64,000 nucleotides of DNA from an uncultured Bacteroidales bacterium (GCA_963822145.1 CAWGGG010000004.1:1744426-1808425); one strand, 5' to 3'. Shown: positions 16,837 through 25,620, numbered from the stretch's first letter. A program made the numbers and translations. The notes: generated by a model not told the origin, from the letters alone.

Positions 16837-19638
16837 ATGGGCAGGTCAAATCGCTGCTATATGATCCTCCTCGCTCTCATTTTTCTGATGAAAAATGCAG
16901 GTGCATCAGACACACTTTATATTGACAGTGCGAAAAATATCTTGGAATTGAAAGATTGTATTTATGTCATGGAAGACGTACAAAAATCTTTGGATATAAG
17001 CACAATTTTAAAGAATGCAACCAGTTACCCCTATAAATTTTATAGCAATTCGGAACTTAATTTCGACTATTCCAGGTCAACTTTTTGGATCAGATTCACC
17101 ATTAAGAATAATTCCAGCGTTCAGCAAGATTATTTATTGGAAATAGCCAATCCAGATCTTGATTGCATAAACTTCTCTGAAACAAAGGAGGATAGTTTAA
17201 TTCGTACAGTGCAGACAGGCGAATTGTTCGATGTTAATACAAGAGAAGTATTTAACAGAAATTACCTGTTTAGTATTTCCCTGTTACCGGCAGAATTTCG
17301 AACTTACTATCTGTCTGTGAACAATAATGGCCATCCTTGTTCAATTCCCTTAAAATTAAAAGAAAAAACCTTTTTTGAAAGGAATAACATTGTCTCAGAT
17401 ACTTTTAACTGGTCTATTTATGGATTGCTCATTTTTATTGTATTATTCAACATTTATCTCTACTGGGCTTTAAAGGATAAGGTCAGTCTGTATTACTCGC
17501 TTAGCCTGTTATTTGCAATATTGACCTTCATGCACTATGATGGCTATTTCTACCTGTTAAATCCTTCAACAATCGTAGAAAATCTCAAGTGGGTAAATCC
17601 CAGTCTTTACAGTGTATTTCTGTTGCAGTTCACACAATCGTTTGTTCCCGTTCATATGAGCAACCGAATGATTAACAGATTCCTGAACCCATTGAAGCTT
17701 TTTATTTTGCTAGCACCATTTACTTATACCCTGAGATTTCCTTTTTCGTTGATTGCCGATATTGGTATACCACTGTTTGTGCTGGTGGTGTTTGTGATTA
17801 TTATCAGAATGGCCTGGAAATCATACAGCAAGGACTATTTGCCAATTCAGTTGTTTGTTTTTGCCTATCTGGCTGTATTTATTGGTCTTTCATTTCATCT
17901 GCTAAAAGAAATGAATTTCATTTCAGCAAGTTATCCCGTGATCAATTCAATCAAAATCGGGTTTATGGTTCAGAATATCCTGTTGACTATTGCTGTTCTT
18001 GAACGTTTCCGGGTAACTCAGAGAAATGACAAGCAGATTATCCAGAACAGTCTGGTAAAAATAGAAAGACAAAATAAAGAATTGGAGATCATCAATACTG
18101 AACTCGAAAAGCTCTCTATTGTGGCAAGCGAAACAGACAACAGTATCGCCATTTATGATAATAATGGAAGGCTGGAATGGGCCAATTCAGGTTTTGAGAA
18201 GCTGTATGAAGTGACTATTAATGACCTTATCAGAAAAAATAGGGATAATATTGAGAAGATCATTCCCAATGTAAAAGTCAGCAAATATGTTGATGCGTGC
18301 AGGAAAACAAGGTCGCCAGTGATTTTTGAAACCCGAATCACTTATAGAAACAGGAAAGAAATGTGGATCCAGACCACACTTTCACCTTTTATCCGGTCGG
18401 ATGAAATTTCAAAGATCATATCTATCGATTCGGACATTACAAACCTTAAAAACTACGAACAAGAGCTGGAAACAGCCAAAACGAAAGCTGAAGAAAGCGA
18501 CCGGCTTAAGACTGCCTTCCTGCATAACATCTCCCATGAAATACGCACTCCCATGAATGCCATTGTGGGATTTTCGGGCTTTTTGAACGATCCAACCCTG
18601 GAATATGAAGAGCGAAAGCAATATTCAGATATCATTGTTCAAAGCACAAACCAATTGCTTTGCATCATCACAGATATTATCAGTATTGCTTCCATTGAGG
18701 CAGGACAGGAAAGAATCATTGAAAAACAGATATATCTGAATAGAACCCTGAGCTATATTCACGAACAGTTTCTCTTGAAAACCGTTGAGAAAGAAATCAA
18801 CCTGGAATTAAAATTAAATGTATCACATCAGGAAACTGCCATAATAACGGATGAAACAAAGCTGGTGCAAATACTTACCAATTTGATCGAGAATGCCTTG
18901 AAATTCACTACAAAAGGTCATGTGAGCTTTGGATATGAGATGAAAGACAATGAAATTGAGTTCTTTGTTGAAGATACAGGCATTGGCATCGATCCTTCCA
19001 TGCATGATGAAATTTTTAAACGATTCCGACAGGTTGAAAACTCGCTTTCGAGGCAGTTCGGAGGTTCAGGTTTAGGCTTATCCATCTCAAAGGCCTATGT
19101 TGAATTACTGGGTGGCAGAATCTGGGTAAAATCCGGGCTCGAAAAAGGATCTACTTTCTTTTTTACATTACCATTCAATAAAGCTGAACCTGCTGCCCAA
19201 TCGGAAAAGAAACCAAATCAGAACGCCCATAAGGGAAACCTCCCAAACCTCATCACTGTGCTTATAGCAGAAGATGAGGACTCTAACTTCAAACTGCTGA
19301 AAGAATTCCTGTCGACCCTAAAACTGAATATTATCCGCGCCAATAATGGTATCGAGGCGATTGAAGCATGCAGATCAAACCAGATTGACCTTGTCTTAAT
19401 GGATATGAGAATGCCTGAAATGGATGGATACGAAGCCACCAGACGAATACGGCAATTTTTACCCCATTTGCCCATAATTGCACAGACAGCCTATTCCAGT
19501 GAAAGAGATGTAGAAAAGGCCATGGAATGTGGGTGCAACGAATTCATCAGTAAGCCTTTAAATAGGGAACTGTTGATTTCCATGATTTATGAACTGGTGT
19601 TAATTCACTCACAGAAAAAAGATTTTCCCGGCTACTGA
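16837..19638 (+). CDS. Hybrid sensor histidine kinase/response regulator with a 7TMR-DISM-type N-terminus
   Basis: A signal sequence and an extracytoplasmic DISMED2-like domain (STFWIRFTIKNNS...YLLEIANP) are followed by about 7 TM helices, a PAS domain and a kinase core. Kinase motifs are H-box FLHNISHEIRTPMNAI, NLIENALKFT, EDTGIGI and GGSGLGLSI. The receiver has DLVLMDMRMPEMDG. The ORF track starts at TTG 16816; the in-frame ATG at 16837 is preferred. Confidence 0.85.
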   Translation: MGRSNRCYMILLALIFLMKNAGASDTLYIDSAKNILELKDCIYVMEDVQKSLDISTILKNATSYPYKFYSNSELNFDYSRSTFWIRFTIKNNSSVQQDYLLEIANPDLDCINFSETKEDSLIRTVQTGELFDVNTREVFNRNYLFSISLLPAEFRTYYLSVNNNGHPCSIPLKLKEKTFFERNNIVSDTFNWSIYGLLIFIVLFNIYLYWALKDKVSLYYSLSLLFAILTFMHYDGYFYLLNPSTIVENLKWVNPSLYSVFLLQFTQSFVPVHMSNRMINRFLNPLKLFILLAPFTYTLRFPFSLIADIGIPLFVLVVFVIIIRMAWKSYSKDYLPIQLFVFAYLAVFIGLSFHLLKEMNFISASYPVINSIKIGFMVQNILLTIAVLERFRVTQRNDKQIIQNSLVKIERQNKELEIINTELEKLSIVASETDNSIAIYDNNGRLEWANSGFEKLYEVTINDLIRKNRDNIEKIIPNVKVSKYVDACRKTRSPVIFETRITYRNRKEMWIQTTLSPFIRSDEISKIISIDSDITNLKNYEQELETAKTKAEESDRLKTAFLHNISHEIRTPMNAIVGFSGFLNDPTLEYEERKQYSDIIVQSTNQLLCIITDIISIASIEAGQERIIEKQIYLNRTLSYIHEQFLLKTVEKEINLELKLNVSHQETAIITDETKLVQILTNLIENALKFTTKGHVSFGYEMKDNEIEFFVEDTGIGIDPSMHDEIFKRFRQVENSLSRQFGGSGLGLSISKAYVELLGGRIWVKSGLEKGSTFFFTLPFNKAEPAAQSEKKPNQNAHKGNLPNLITVLIAEDEDSNFKLLKEFLSTLKLNIIRANNGIEAIEACRSNQIDLVLMDMRMPEMDGYEATRRIRQFLPHLPIIAQTAYSSERDVEKAMECGCNEFISKPLNRELLISMIYELVLIHSQKKDFPGY

Positions 19639-21845
19639 GTGGACTTTTTTCCTGCAATGGAAGTGACCGTTAATAAGAAATCACCTTTCAGCAGATCAGC
19701 CTGGACTGAGGATGAACCGATATAAACCTGATAGGCCATTTCTTCCACTTCCCAAGTTTTGGATTCAGGATTGTAATAAGCCAAATCTTTCGCCGGGATG
19801 GTAAAATGAACCATCTGCACTTCACCAGGTTCCAGGTGGATTTTCTTAAATCCGCGCAGGAGCTTTACCGGCCGGTCGTGTTTGGAGTTCCCGAATCCGA
19901 TATACAACTGGGCCACCTCCTTACCCGCTGATCTTCCGGTATTCGTTACAGCCACAGAAACCCTTAATGAATCGTTCAGTGCAATCTCAGGTGTAATAAT
20001 ACGGAGGCTGTCAAATCTGAATGTCGTATAGCTCATTCCAAATCCGAAAGGATAGGCTGGTGTGATTCCCTGCTTGTCGAACAGGGTATAACCATGATAA
20101 TATCCGTAGTCTATTACCGAATCGGTATTGTTGAAATAGGGATAATCCTCCTGCCTTTTGGCAATTGTAAATGGAAGCTTTCCGGAAGGATTGGCCTCAC
20201 CAAAGATGATCCGGGCCAGTGCATTTCCGCCCTCCATACCACTATACCAGGAAATCAGGACAGCGGGTACCTTATCCTTCCAGTCCTCAATAATAACGGC
20301 ACTGCCGGTGACAATCGAAACAACAGTGTTGGGATTGAGGCCGGCCAGTGCATCAATCAAAACGAGATCACGCTCTTTTAGCCTGAGATCCAGGCGGTCA
20401 CCTCCCCGGATAAGCTTTCCGATTTTGATCGATTCGCCTTCCTCAATAGATTTAAAACCAGCAACAATCACCAGGGCATCAGCTTGTCCGGCTATCGTTT
20501 TTGCTTCTTCAAGGTCCTCGCCTGTACAATACTTCACCTCAACCTCTTTCCCGAGCAGATTTCTTAAACCCTCAACAGGAGATACAATGTTCCTGGAATT
20601 TACATGATAGTTTATGTCGCCGGTGATTTCTTCACTGGCTAACGTTCCAATAACAGCCAGACTTTTAATTGAAGATTTATCGAACGGAAGTACATCTCCG
20701 TCATTTTTAAGCAATACCATGCTTTCTTCAGCAGTGGCCTGTGCCAGTTTAACATGGGCTTCTGCACCGATCAGATCTTTGGTATATTCCACAGGATCTT
20801 TCCGGGTAATATAGTAAAGTTTGGTTTTCAAGACCCGCAACACCATGTTGTCAATTTGCTCCATGGAGACCTTCCCGCTCTCAATAAGTTTGACAAGTTT
20901 CTCGCCATAATCTTCGGGAACCGGCATCTCAACATCCATACCCGCATTAGCCGCTTTCTCGCCATCATAAATACCGGCGATAAAGTCGGAGCTGATAAAA
21001 CCCTTCCAGCCCCATTCCTCCCGCGGAATGGTAGTCAACAGATAACGGTTATGTCCGCAATACTCACCATTAACCTTATTGTAGGCAGACATCAGCGATG
21101 CCAGACCGTTATCGGCACATTTTTTAAAATGAGGCAGGTATACCTCATGCAAGGTCCGTTCATCTACCCTGACATTAAGATAGTTTCGTGAGTTTTCGAT
21201 GCTGTTCAGGGCATAATGCTTGGCGCAGGCCATGACATTGTTCTGCTGGACTCCTTCCATGGTGACCAGTGCCATTTCACCCACCAGCCAGGGATCTTCC
21301 CCAAAAGATTCCTGTGCGCGACCGTTGGAGGGATGTCTCAGCAGATTGATGCATAAACCACCGTAATAATTTGCACCTGCACTCCTGGCTTCTTTACCCA
21401 TAACATCACCCACCTGTCTTTCCAGATCAGCATTCCAGGTAGCGGCTCTGGCGATTCCTGCAGGGAAACAGGTGCCTCTGGCAACGGTAATTCCCCTTGA
21501 CCCGTCCGAAAAGGATATGGGCGGGATATCCAGCCGCTTATTACCACCTGCATAGACATGGCCCAGCTTTTTCTCCATCATCCTGATAAGCATCAGCCTT
21601 GTCAGGTTGCCCTTGTCCCCGGTCAGCTGACCAACTTTTTCCTCAACCGTCATCCGGGCAATCAGATCCATGGCGGCTTTTTCGATTTCCGCATCGCTCA
21701 TTCCCTGTTTCCAGTGATAGGCGGTTGGATTAACATCAACGTTGTTGGTGAATTTCGAATAGAGGTAAAGGGATAATAATAGAATCAGGGGTAGTCCTAT
21801 TATGACCCCCAATATCCAGAAAACAATTTTAAAGACAGTTTTCAT
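19632..21845 (-). CDS. Glycoside hydrolase family 3 (beta-glucosidase-like), N-terminally membrane-anchored
   Basis: 737 aa with an N-terminal TM helix and a GH3 nucleophile region (KGFISSDF). It has the GH3 N- and C-domain order with an FnIII-like tail. Its stop overlaps the convergent kinase stop by 7 nt. Confidence 0.85.
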   Translation of the reverse strand: MKTVFKIVFWILGVIIGLPLILLLSLYLYSKFTNNVDVNPTAYHWKQGMSDAEIEKAAMDLIARMTVEEKVGQLTGDKGNLTRLMLIRMMEKKLGHVYAGGNKRLDIPPISFSDGSRGITVARGTCFPAGIARAATWNADLERQVGDVMGKEARSAGANYYGGLCINLLRHPSNGRAQESFGEDPWLVGEMALVTMEGVQQNNVMACAKHYALNSIENSRNYLNVRVDERTLHEVYLPHFKKCADNGLASLMSAYNKVNGEYCGHNRYLLTTIPREEWGWKGFISSDFIAGIYDGEKAANAGMDVEMPVPEDYGEKLVKLIESGKVSMEQIDNMVLRVLKTKLYYITRKDPVEYTKDLIGAEAHVKLAQATAEESMVLLKNDGDVLPFDKSSIKSLAVIGTLASEEITGDINYHVNSRNIVSPVEGLRNLLGKEVEVKYCTGEDLEEAKTIAGQADALVIVAGFKSIEEGESIKIGKLIRGGDRLDLRLKERDLVLIDALAGLNPNTVVSIVTGSAVIIEDWKDKVPAVLISWYSGMEGGNALARIIFGEANPSGKLPFTIAKRQEDYPYFNNTDSVIDYGYYHGYTLFDKQGITPAYPFGFGMSYTTFRFDSLRIITPEIALNDSLRVSVAVTNTGRSAGKEVAQLYIGFGNSKHDRPVKLLRGFKKIHLEPGEVQMVHFTIPAKDLAYYNPESKTWEVEEMAYQVYIGSSSVQADLLKGDFLLTVTSIAGKKSTQ

Positions 21846-21982
21846 TGTTAAGCAGGTTTAATGATTTACAGGTGTTTCTGTTAGAGAATATACATTAAAT
21901 ATAGAATATTTATTTTGTATTAATCAGGGACAAAGCTGATTTTCAACATGCAGTTGGAATATCTTCCAAGGATGTGATTTCG

Positions 21983-22304
21983 GCAAAAGAAATTAAATCC
22001 CTCCGACGCTGCGCGCTGGTTGGTCTTTGGAATATGGGAAGATCGTCAAGCGATCTTTAAACTTCAAAAATCGATGTTCGGTGTTCAGTGTTCGCAGGGG
22101 GATTACTCGCTTCGCTCGTGAGATCGCTGCGCTTAGTTTCTGCGTGATCCCTTGAGGGGTGATCCCAGCAAAAGAAATGAAATTTCGCCATCGCTGCGCG
22201 CTGGTGGGTCTTTGGAAGAGATGGGATTACTGCGTGATCCATTGAGGGGTGGTCCCAGCAAAAGAAATGAAATCCCGCCATCGCTGCGCGCTGGTGGGTC
22301 TTTT
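21983..22304. repeat. Intergenic repeat cluster: about 90-bp tandem unit (2 copies, 22135-22304) plus a diverged partial copy at 21983-22031
   Basis: The core gcaaaagaaat[g/t]aaat..cc[a/g][t/a]cgctgcgcgctggt[g/t]ggtcttt occurs at 21983, 22168 and 22258. The preceding unit (g)attactgcgtgatcc[c/a]ttgaggggtg[a/g]tccca occurs at about 22135 and 22225. The period is 90 bp. A 3-copy heptamer (atgttcg gtgttca gtgttcg) lies at 22074-22094. Confidence 0.75.
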
Positions 22305-22377
22305 GTCTTAGGGGAGGTCTTCAAGCGGGTTTGAGACCTCCCCTAAGACAAAATCCCAGGGCTTCGCCCCGGGATTT
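22301..22377 (-). terminator. Two stacked hairpins immediately 3' of tRNA-Ser (probable terminator)
   Basis: A perfect 20-bp stem joins 22301-22320 and 22334-22353 with a 13-nt loop. A second hairpin at 22351-22377 (aaatccc.ggg/ccc.gggattt) is followed by UUUUG on the minus-strand RNA. Confidence 0.55.
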
Positions 22378-22388
22378 AATTCCTTTTG

Positions 22389-22477
22389 CGGAGGAAGAGG
22401 GATTCGAACCCCCGGTCCCGCGATAGCGGGACAACGGTTTTCAAGACCGCCGCATTCGACCGCTCTGCCATTCCTCC
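22389..22477 (-). tRNA. tRNA-Ser (anticodon UGA)
   Basis: Hand fold of the reverse complement: acceptor GGAGGAA/TTCCTCC, a 3-bp D stem, and anticodon stem GCGGT/ACCGT with loop CTTGAAA. The long variable arm is GTCCCGC-tatc-GCGGGAC (class II). The T arm is GGGGG-TTCGAAT-CCCTC and the discriminator is G. CCA is not encoded. Confidence 0.9.
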
Positions 22478-22485
22478 ATGGCGCG

Positions 22486-22493
22486 CAAAATTA
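22486..22493 (-). promoter_or_regulatory. Candidate Bacteroidota -7 box (TAATTTTG) for tRNA-Ser
   Basis: The minus strand reads TAATTTTG, which matches TAnnTTTG, 9 nt upstream of the mature tRNA 5' end. No clear -33 TTTG was seen. Confidence 0.3.
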
Positions 22494-22787
22494 CAACTTT
22501 TTTGTTCTCATAGGCCTTCCGGCGCCCAAAAATGTTTCCTGACCTTGTGAATGCTGAAAAAAAAATCAACATTTTAATATTTTCCGCGCCGATAAGCCCT
22601 TTCAAGACAGGTAAATTTCCTGGTATTTTTATAGTTCTCAAATATAGATATTTAATAGTTCTTAACTAAACTAATTGTTTAATTTTCCTTCTGAGAATTC
22701 TTTAAATACTGAGGTAGTTATTAACAATTTCACGTAAATAGTTGAATAAATTTCTGATACGAAGTTGGCTATACGTCAGAAATGGTA

Positions 22788-22795
22788 TATATTTG
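22788..22795 (+). promoter_or_regulatory. Candidate Bacteroidota -7 box (TATATTTG) for the HU gene
   Basis: It matches TAnnTTTG and lies 43 nt upstream of the ATG at 22838. Confidence 0.3.
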
Positions 22796-22837
22796 CTTAA
22801 CAAAATAGAAAGTTTACTAACCCTAAAAATTTTTGTT

Positions 22838-23110
22838 ATGAACAAAGCACAATTGATCGATGCCATTGCCGCCGGTGCAGGTTTGACTAAAGCTGATGGA
22901 AAAAAAGCTCTCGATGCTTTCATTAAGGCTACCACTACAGCTTTGAAAAAAGGTGACCGTGTTGCGCTCGTAGGCTTTGGCTCATTCTCAGTTTCCAAGA
23001 GAAGTGCAAGAACTGGCAGAAATCCTCAGACTGGCAAGGAAATTAAAATTCCTGCTAAAAAAGTTGTAAAGTTTAAAGCAGGTAGCGATTTAGCAACTGT
23101 TGTTAAATAA
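22838..23110 (+). CDS. hup: HU family DNA-binding protein
   Basis: 90 aa starting [11 protein letters not shown], with [37 protein letters not shown]. The track ORF starts upstream at 22742; the internal ATG gives a canonical HU length. Confidence 0.9.
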   Translation: MNKAQLIDAIAAGAGLTKADGKKALDAFIKATTTALKKGDRVALVGFGSFSVSKRSARTGRNPQTGKEIKIPAKKVVKFKAGSDLATVVK

Positions 23111-23129
23111 TGCTGTCGAAATGATTTAA

Positions 23130-23157
23130 AGGGAGCACTTGCTGCTCCCTTTTTTTT
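23130..23157 (+). terminator. Rho-independent terminator after the HU gene
   Basis: The stem is gggagca / tgctccc with a 5-nt loop, followed by a 9-T run (23149-23157). Confidence 0.75.
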
Positions 23158-23164
23158 TACCCTG

Positions 23165-23884
23165 ATGACTGAAAAACTCATCGAACATCTCTCCGGTTTT
23201 GTTACCGAAAGGCGGGTGAAGCTGTTTGACAGGCTGCTAAACTACCGCACCCGCTATATCACCGTGGTGCTCGAAGATCTTTTTCAGCCGCATAATGCCA
23301 GCGCCGTGCTACGATCGTGCGAATGCTTTGGCATTCAGGATGTTCATATTATTGAAAATCAGAATCAATACCGGATAAGTCCGGATGTCGCGCTGGGCTC
23401 CTATAAATGGCTCACCATGATCCACCACAACCAGGAAAACAATAATACCCGCCCGGCCATCACCATACTCAAAAAGGCGGGCTACCGCATTGTGGCCACC
23501 ACACCACATAAAAACGACTGTACCCTGGAAGACTTCAGTCTCCTCCCGGGCAAAGTCGCCCTCCTGTTCGGAACAGAACTGAAAGGACTTTCACCAACAG
23601 CCATGGAACTGGCCGATGCCTTCGTTAAAATTCCCATGATTGGTTTCACGGAAAGCCTTAATATTTCCGTTACTGCTGCCATTTTTATCCACCATCTTAC
23701 CGCAAAACTTCATAATACCCCTCATCTTCCCTGGCAACTTTCTGAGAAAGAGAAACAGGAAATCAAGCTCGACTGGCTGAAAAAGTCCATACGGAAATCA
23801 GAAATGATTGAAAAAGCTTTTCTTGAGGATCAGATTCTTAAAGGGTATCATGCCACTTTAAATTCAGAAACAAACACGGATTAA
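23165..23884 (+). CDS. SpoU/TrmH family RNA 2'-O-methyltransferase
   Basis: 239 aa with SPOUT motifs LLFGTELKGLS and IPMIGFTESLNISVTAAIF. Confidence 0.8.
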   Translation: MTEKLIEHLSGFVTERRVKLFDRLLNYRTRYITVVLEDLFQPHNASAVLRSCECFGIQDVHIIENQNQYRISPDVALGSYKWLTMIHHNQENNNTRPAITILKKAGYRIVATTPHKNDCTLEDFSLLPGKVALLFGTELKGLSPTAMELADAFVKIPMIGFTESLNISVTAAIFIHHLTAKLHNTPHLPWQLSEKEKQEIKLDWLKKSIRKSEMIEKAFLEDQILKGYHATLNSETNTD

Positions 23885-23955
23885 TATCATTTTTTTCATA
23901 TATTTGAGGTAGATTTTGATGAAGTTTTTCATTTACTTGATGAAATCCACCCTCT

Positions 23956-24657
23956 ATGAATTGCATTATTATTGATGATGACCTGATGTCCAGACGGATT
24001 GTCGAAGAGTTCATTTCACGAACCGATCAGCTTAGATTCCTTGCTTCCTACGAGAATGCCGTGGATGCCATTAATGCCTTTAACGGGGATGAGGATATTG
24101 ATTTGATCTTCCTCGATATTGAAATGCCGGAAATGAGCGGCATCGACTTCCTCGAAACACTCACCAACCCACCCCAGATCATTATCATTTCCTCCAAAGA
24201 CAAATATGCCCTCGAAGCTTTCAACTATGATGTAACTGATTACCTGCTCAAACCCATTTCCTACAGCCGCTTCTTCAAAGCCATCAACAAAGCCAATGTG
24301 CGGTTCAAAACCAAGGTCGACACCAAGGACAATGAGATCTTTATAAAGAAGAACTCTGCCCTGGTGAGACTGAAATATGAAGACATCCTGTGGGTAGAAG
24401 CTCTTGAAAATTATGTGATCTTCAACACGTTCCACGAAAAGTTTACCATTCATTTTACTATGAAAGCAGTTGAAACCAAACTGCCCAGCAACAAATTCAC
24501 CCGTGTTCACCGTTCCTTCATCGTAAATACCAGTCGGATCAACATCATCGAGGACAATTCGGTCATCATCAAAGTACAGGAAGGATCCAAATCCATTCCT
24601 ATCGGGAAGTCCTATAGAGACAAACTTCTCAAGGACATAAACCTGATCATTAAATAA
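23956..24657 (+). CDS. LytTR family response regulator
   Basis: 233 aa. The receiver has IDLIFLDIEMPEMSG and the C-terminal LytTR domain has FTRVHRSFIVN. No kinase gene is adjacent. Confidence 0.85.
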   Translation: MNCIIIDDDLMSRRIVEEFISRTDQLRFLASYENAVDAINAFNGDEDIDLIFLDIEMPEMSGIDFLETLTNPPQIIIISSKDKYALEAFNYDVTDYLLKPISYSRFFKAINKANVRFKTKVDTKDNEIFIKKNSALVRLKYEDILWVEALENYVIFNTFHEKFTIHFTMKAVETKLPSNKFTRVHRSFIVNTSRINIIEDNSVIIKVQEGSKSIPIGKSYRDKLLKDINLIIK

Positions 24658-24703
24658 TTGATGCCGCCGCACCTGCCGCTTTTCATGGTAACTTCTTCAG
24701 GAA

Positions 24704-25552
24704 ATGGATCTTCTTAAGAGGTTTGGACTGTTTCTTTTTTTGTGCCGGTTGGTGCTGTCAGTCAGTGCATCAGAACCTGTACCGCTTTCGCTGCAGCAAT
24801 CGGAAACCAAGTTGAAGGTGTTGTTTACAAAACTAACCTCCGGGCACACGGAGCTGGAAAAATCTGCCACCGCCGACAGTATAACGAACCTCCTGAACGC
24901 CACCCTGCATTTGCCTGGCTCATTCGAATATGCCTTTCAAACACTCAGCGCACTCGGCAAAATTACCTCCCCCGATCAGCATCTCCGGATTTTTACATGG
25001 AACGTTCCTTCCAGCGACGGCACCAATACCTATTACGGTTTCTTACAGTACAGATCGGGCAATGATGATGCGATCAGGGTATTTCCGCTGACAGACGCGC
25101 GATCATCTATCTCCGATCCTGCCACGGCCACACTTACCCGGGAAAATTGGTACGGATGCCTGATTTATGAGATCGTTGAAAAGAAACAGGCCGGCATCAC
25201 CTGGTACACACTGCTCGGTTATAATCCTGAAAACCTCTTCATTTCGAAAAAGGTTATTGATCTGCTCTGGTTTAACGAACTGCACGAACCGGTCTTCGGG
25301 AAGCCAGTTTTTCATTTCCAGAAGCGGATTCAGTGCCGCATCGTGTTTGAATATTCAGCCAAGGTCTCCATGAGCCTCAAATGGAATAACAAGATGGACA
25401 TGATCGTCTATGACCACCTCTCCCCTGCTAAACCTTCCTATGAAGGGAATTACCAGTTCTACGGACCGGATCTTTCATTCGACGGACTGAGATTCGACAA
25501 AGGGATATGGGAAAGCGTGGAGGATATTGATGTCAGGAACAGTAACCAGTAA
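24704..25552 (+). CDS. Hypothetical secreted protein
   Basis: 282-aa ORF with a signal-peptide-like N-terminus (FGLFLFLCRLVLSVSA). I recognise no family motif. Confidence 0.5.
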   Translation: MDLLKRFGLFLFLCRLVLSVSASEPVPLSLQQSETKLKVLFTKLTSGHTELEKSATADSITNLLNATLHLPGSFEYAFQTLSALGKITSPDQHLRIFTWNVPSSDGTNTYYGFLQYRSGNDDAIRVFPLTDARSSISDPATATLTRENWYGCLIYEIVEKKQAGITWYTLLGYNPENLFISKKVIDLLWFNELHEPVFGKPVFHFQKRIQCRIVFEYSAKVSMSLKWNNKMDMIVYDHLSPAKPSYEGNYQFYGPDLSFDGLRFDKGIWESVEDIDVRNSNQ

Positions 25553-25574
25553 CCAGTCACCAGTCACCAGTAAC
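25540..25574. repeat. Heptanucleotide tandem repeat, 5 units (cagtaac x2, cagtcac x2, cagtaac)
   Basis: Read directly from the sequence. The array spans the TAA stop (25550-25552) of the upstream CDS. Confidence 0.85.
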
Positions 25575-25584
25575 CAAATAAAAA

Positions 25585-25620
25585 TGTCATTCCTGTCACG
25601 AATATTGTGACGTATTGACA
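25585..25620. promoter_or_regulatory. Composite dyad TGTCA-N4-TGTCAC-N7-GTGAC-N4-TGACA upstream of htpG
   Basis: The outer arms (TGTCA/TGACA) and the inner arms (GTCAC/GTGAC) are both perfect inverted repeats, and the spacers are equal. The dyad lies 76-111 nt upstream of the htpG ATG. Confidence 0.3.

Noticed and set aside
21983-22304. Possible CRISPR array
   Set aside because: The repeat units are contiguous with a 90-bp period, so there are no unique spacers between short direct repeats. There are only 2-3 copies and no cas genes in the window.
22057-22334. Three overlapping 60-74-aa ORFs in the spacer before tRNA-Ser
   Set aside because: They are translations of the 90-bp tandem repeat on both strands, with internally repetitive peptides such as PSKRNEI...SLRAGGS twice. 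They are repeat artefacts, not genes.
24016-24672. Long antisense ORFs inside well-supported genes, e.g. 24016..24672 (218 aa), 36261..37109 (282 aa), 35198..35731, 11566..12180, 7579..8088, 15272..15664 and 45590..46045
   Set aside because: They lie fully within, and opposite to, genes that have strong family motifs. They have no motifs of their own and are typical shadow ORFs.
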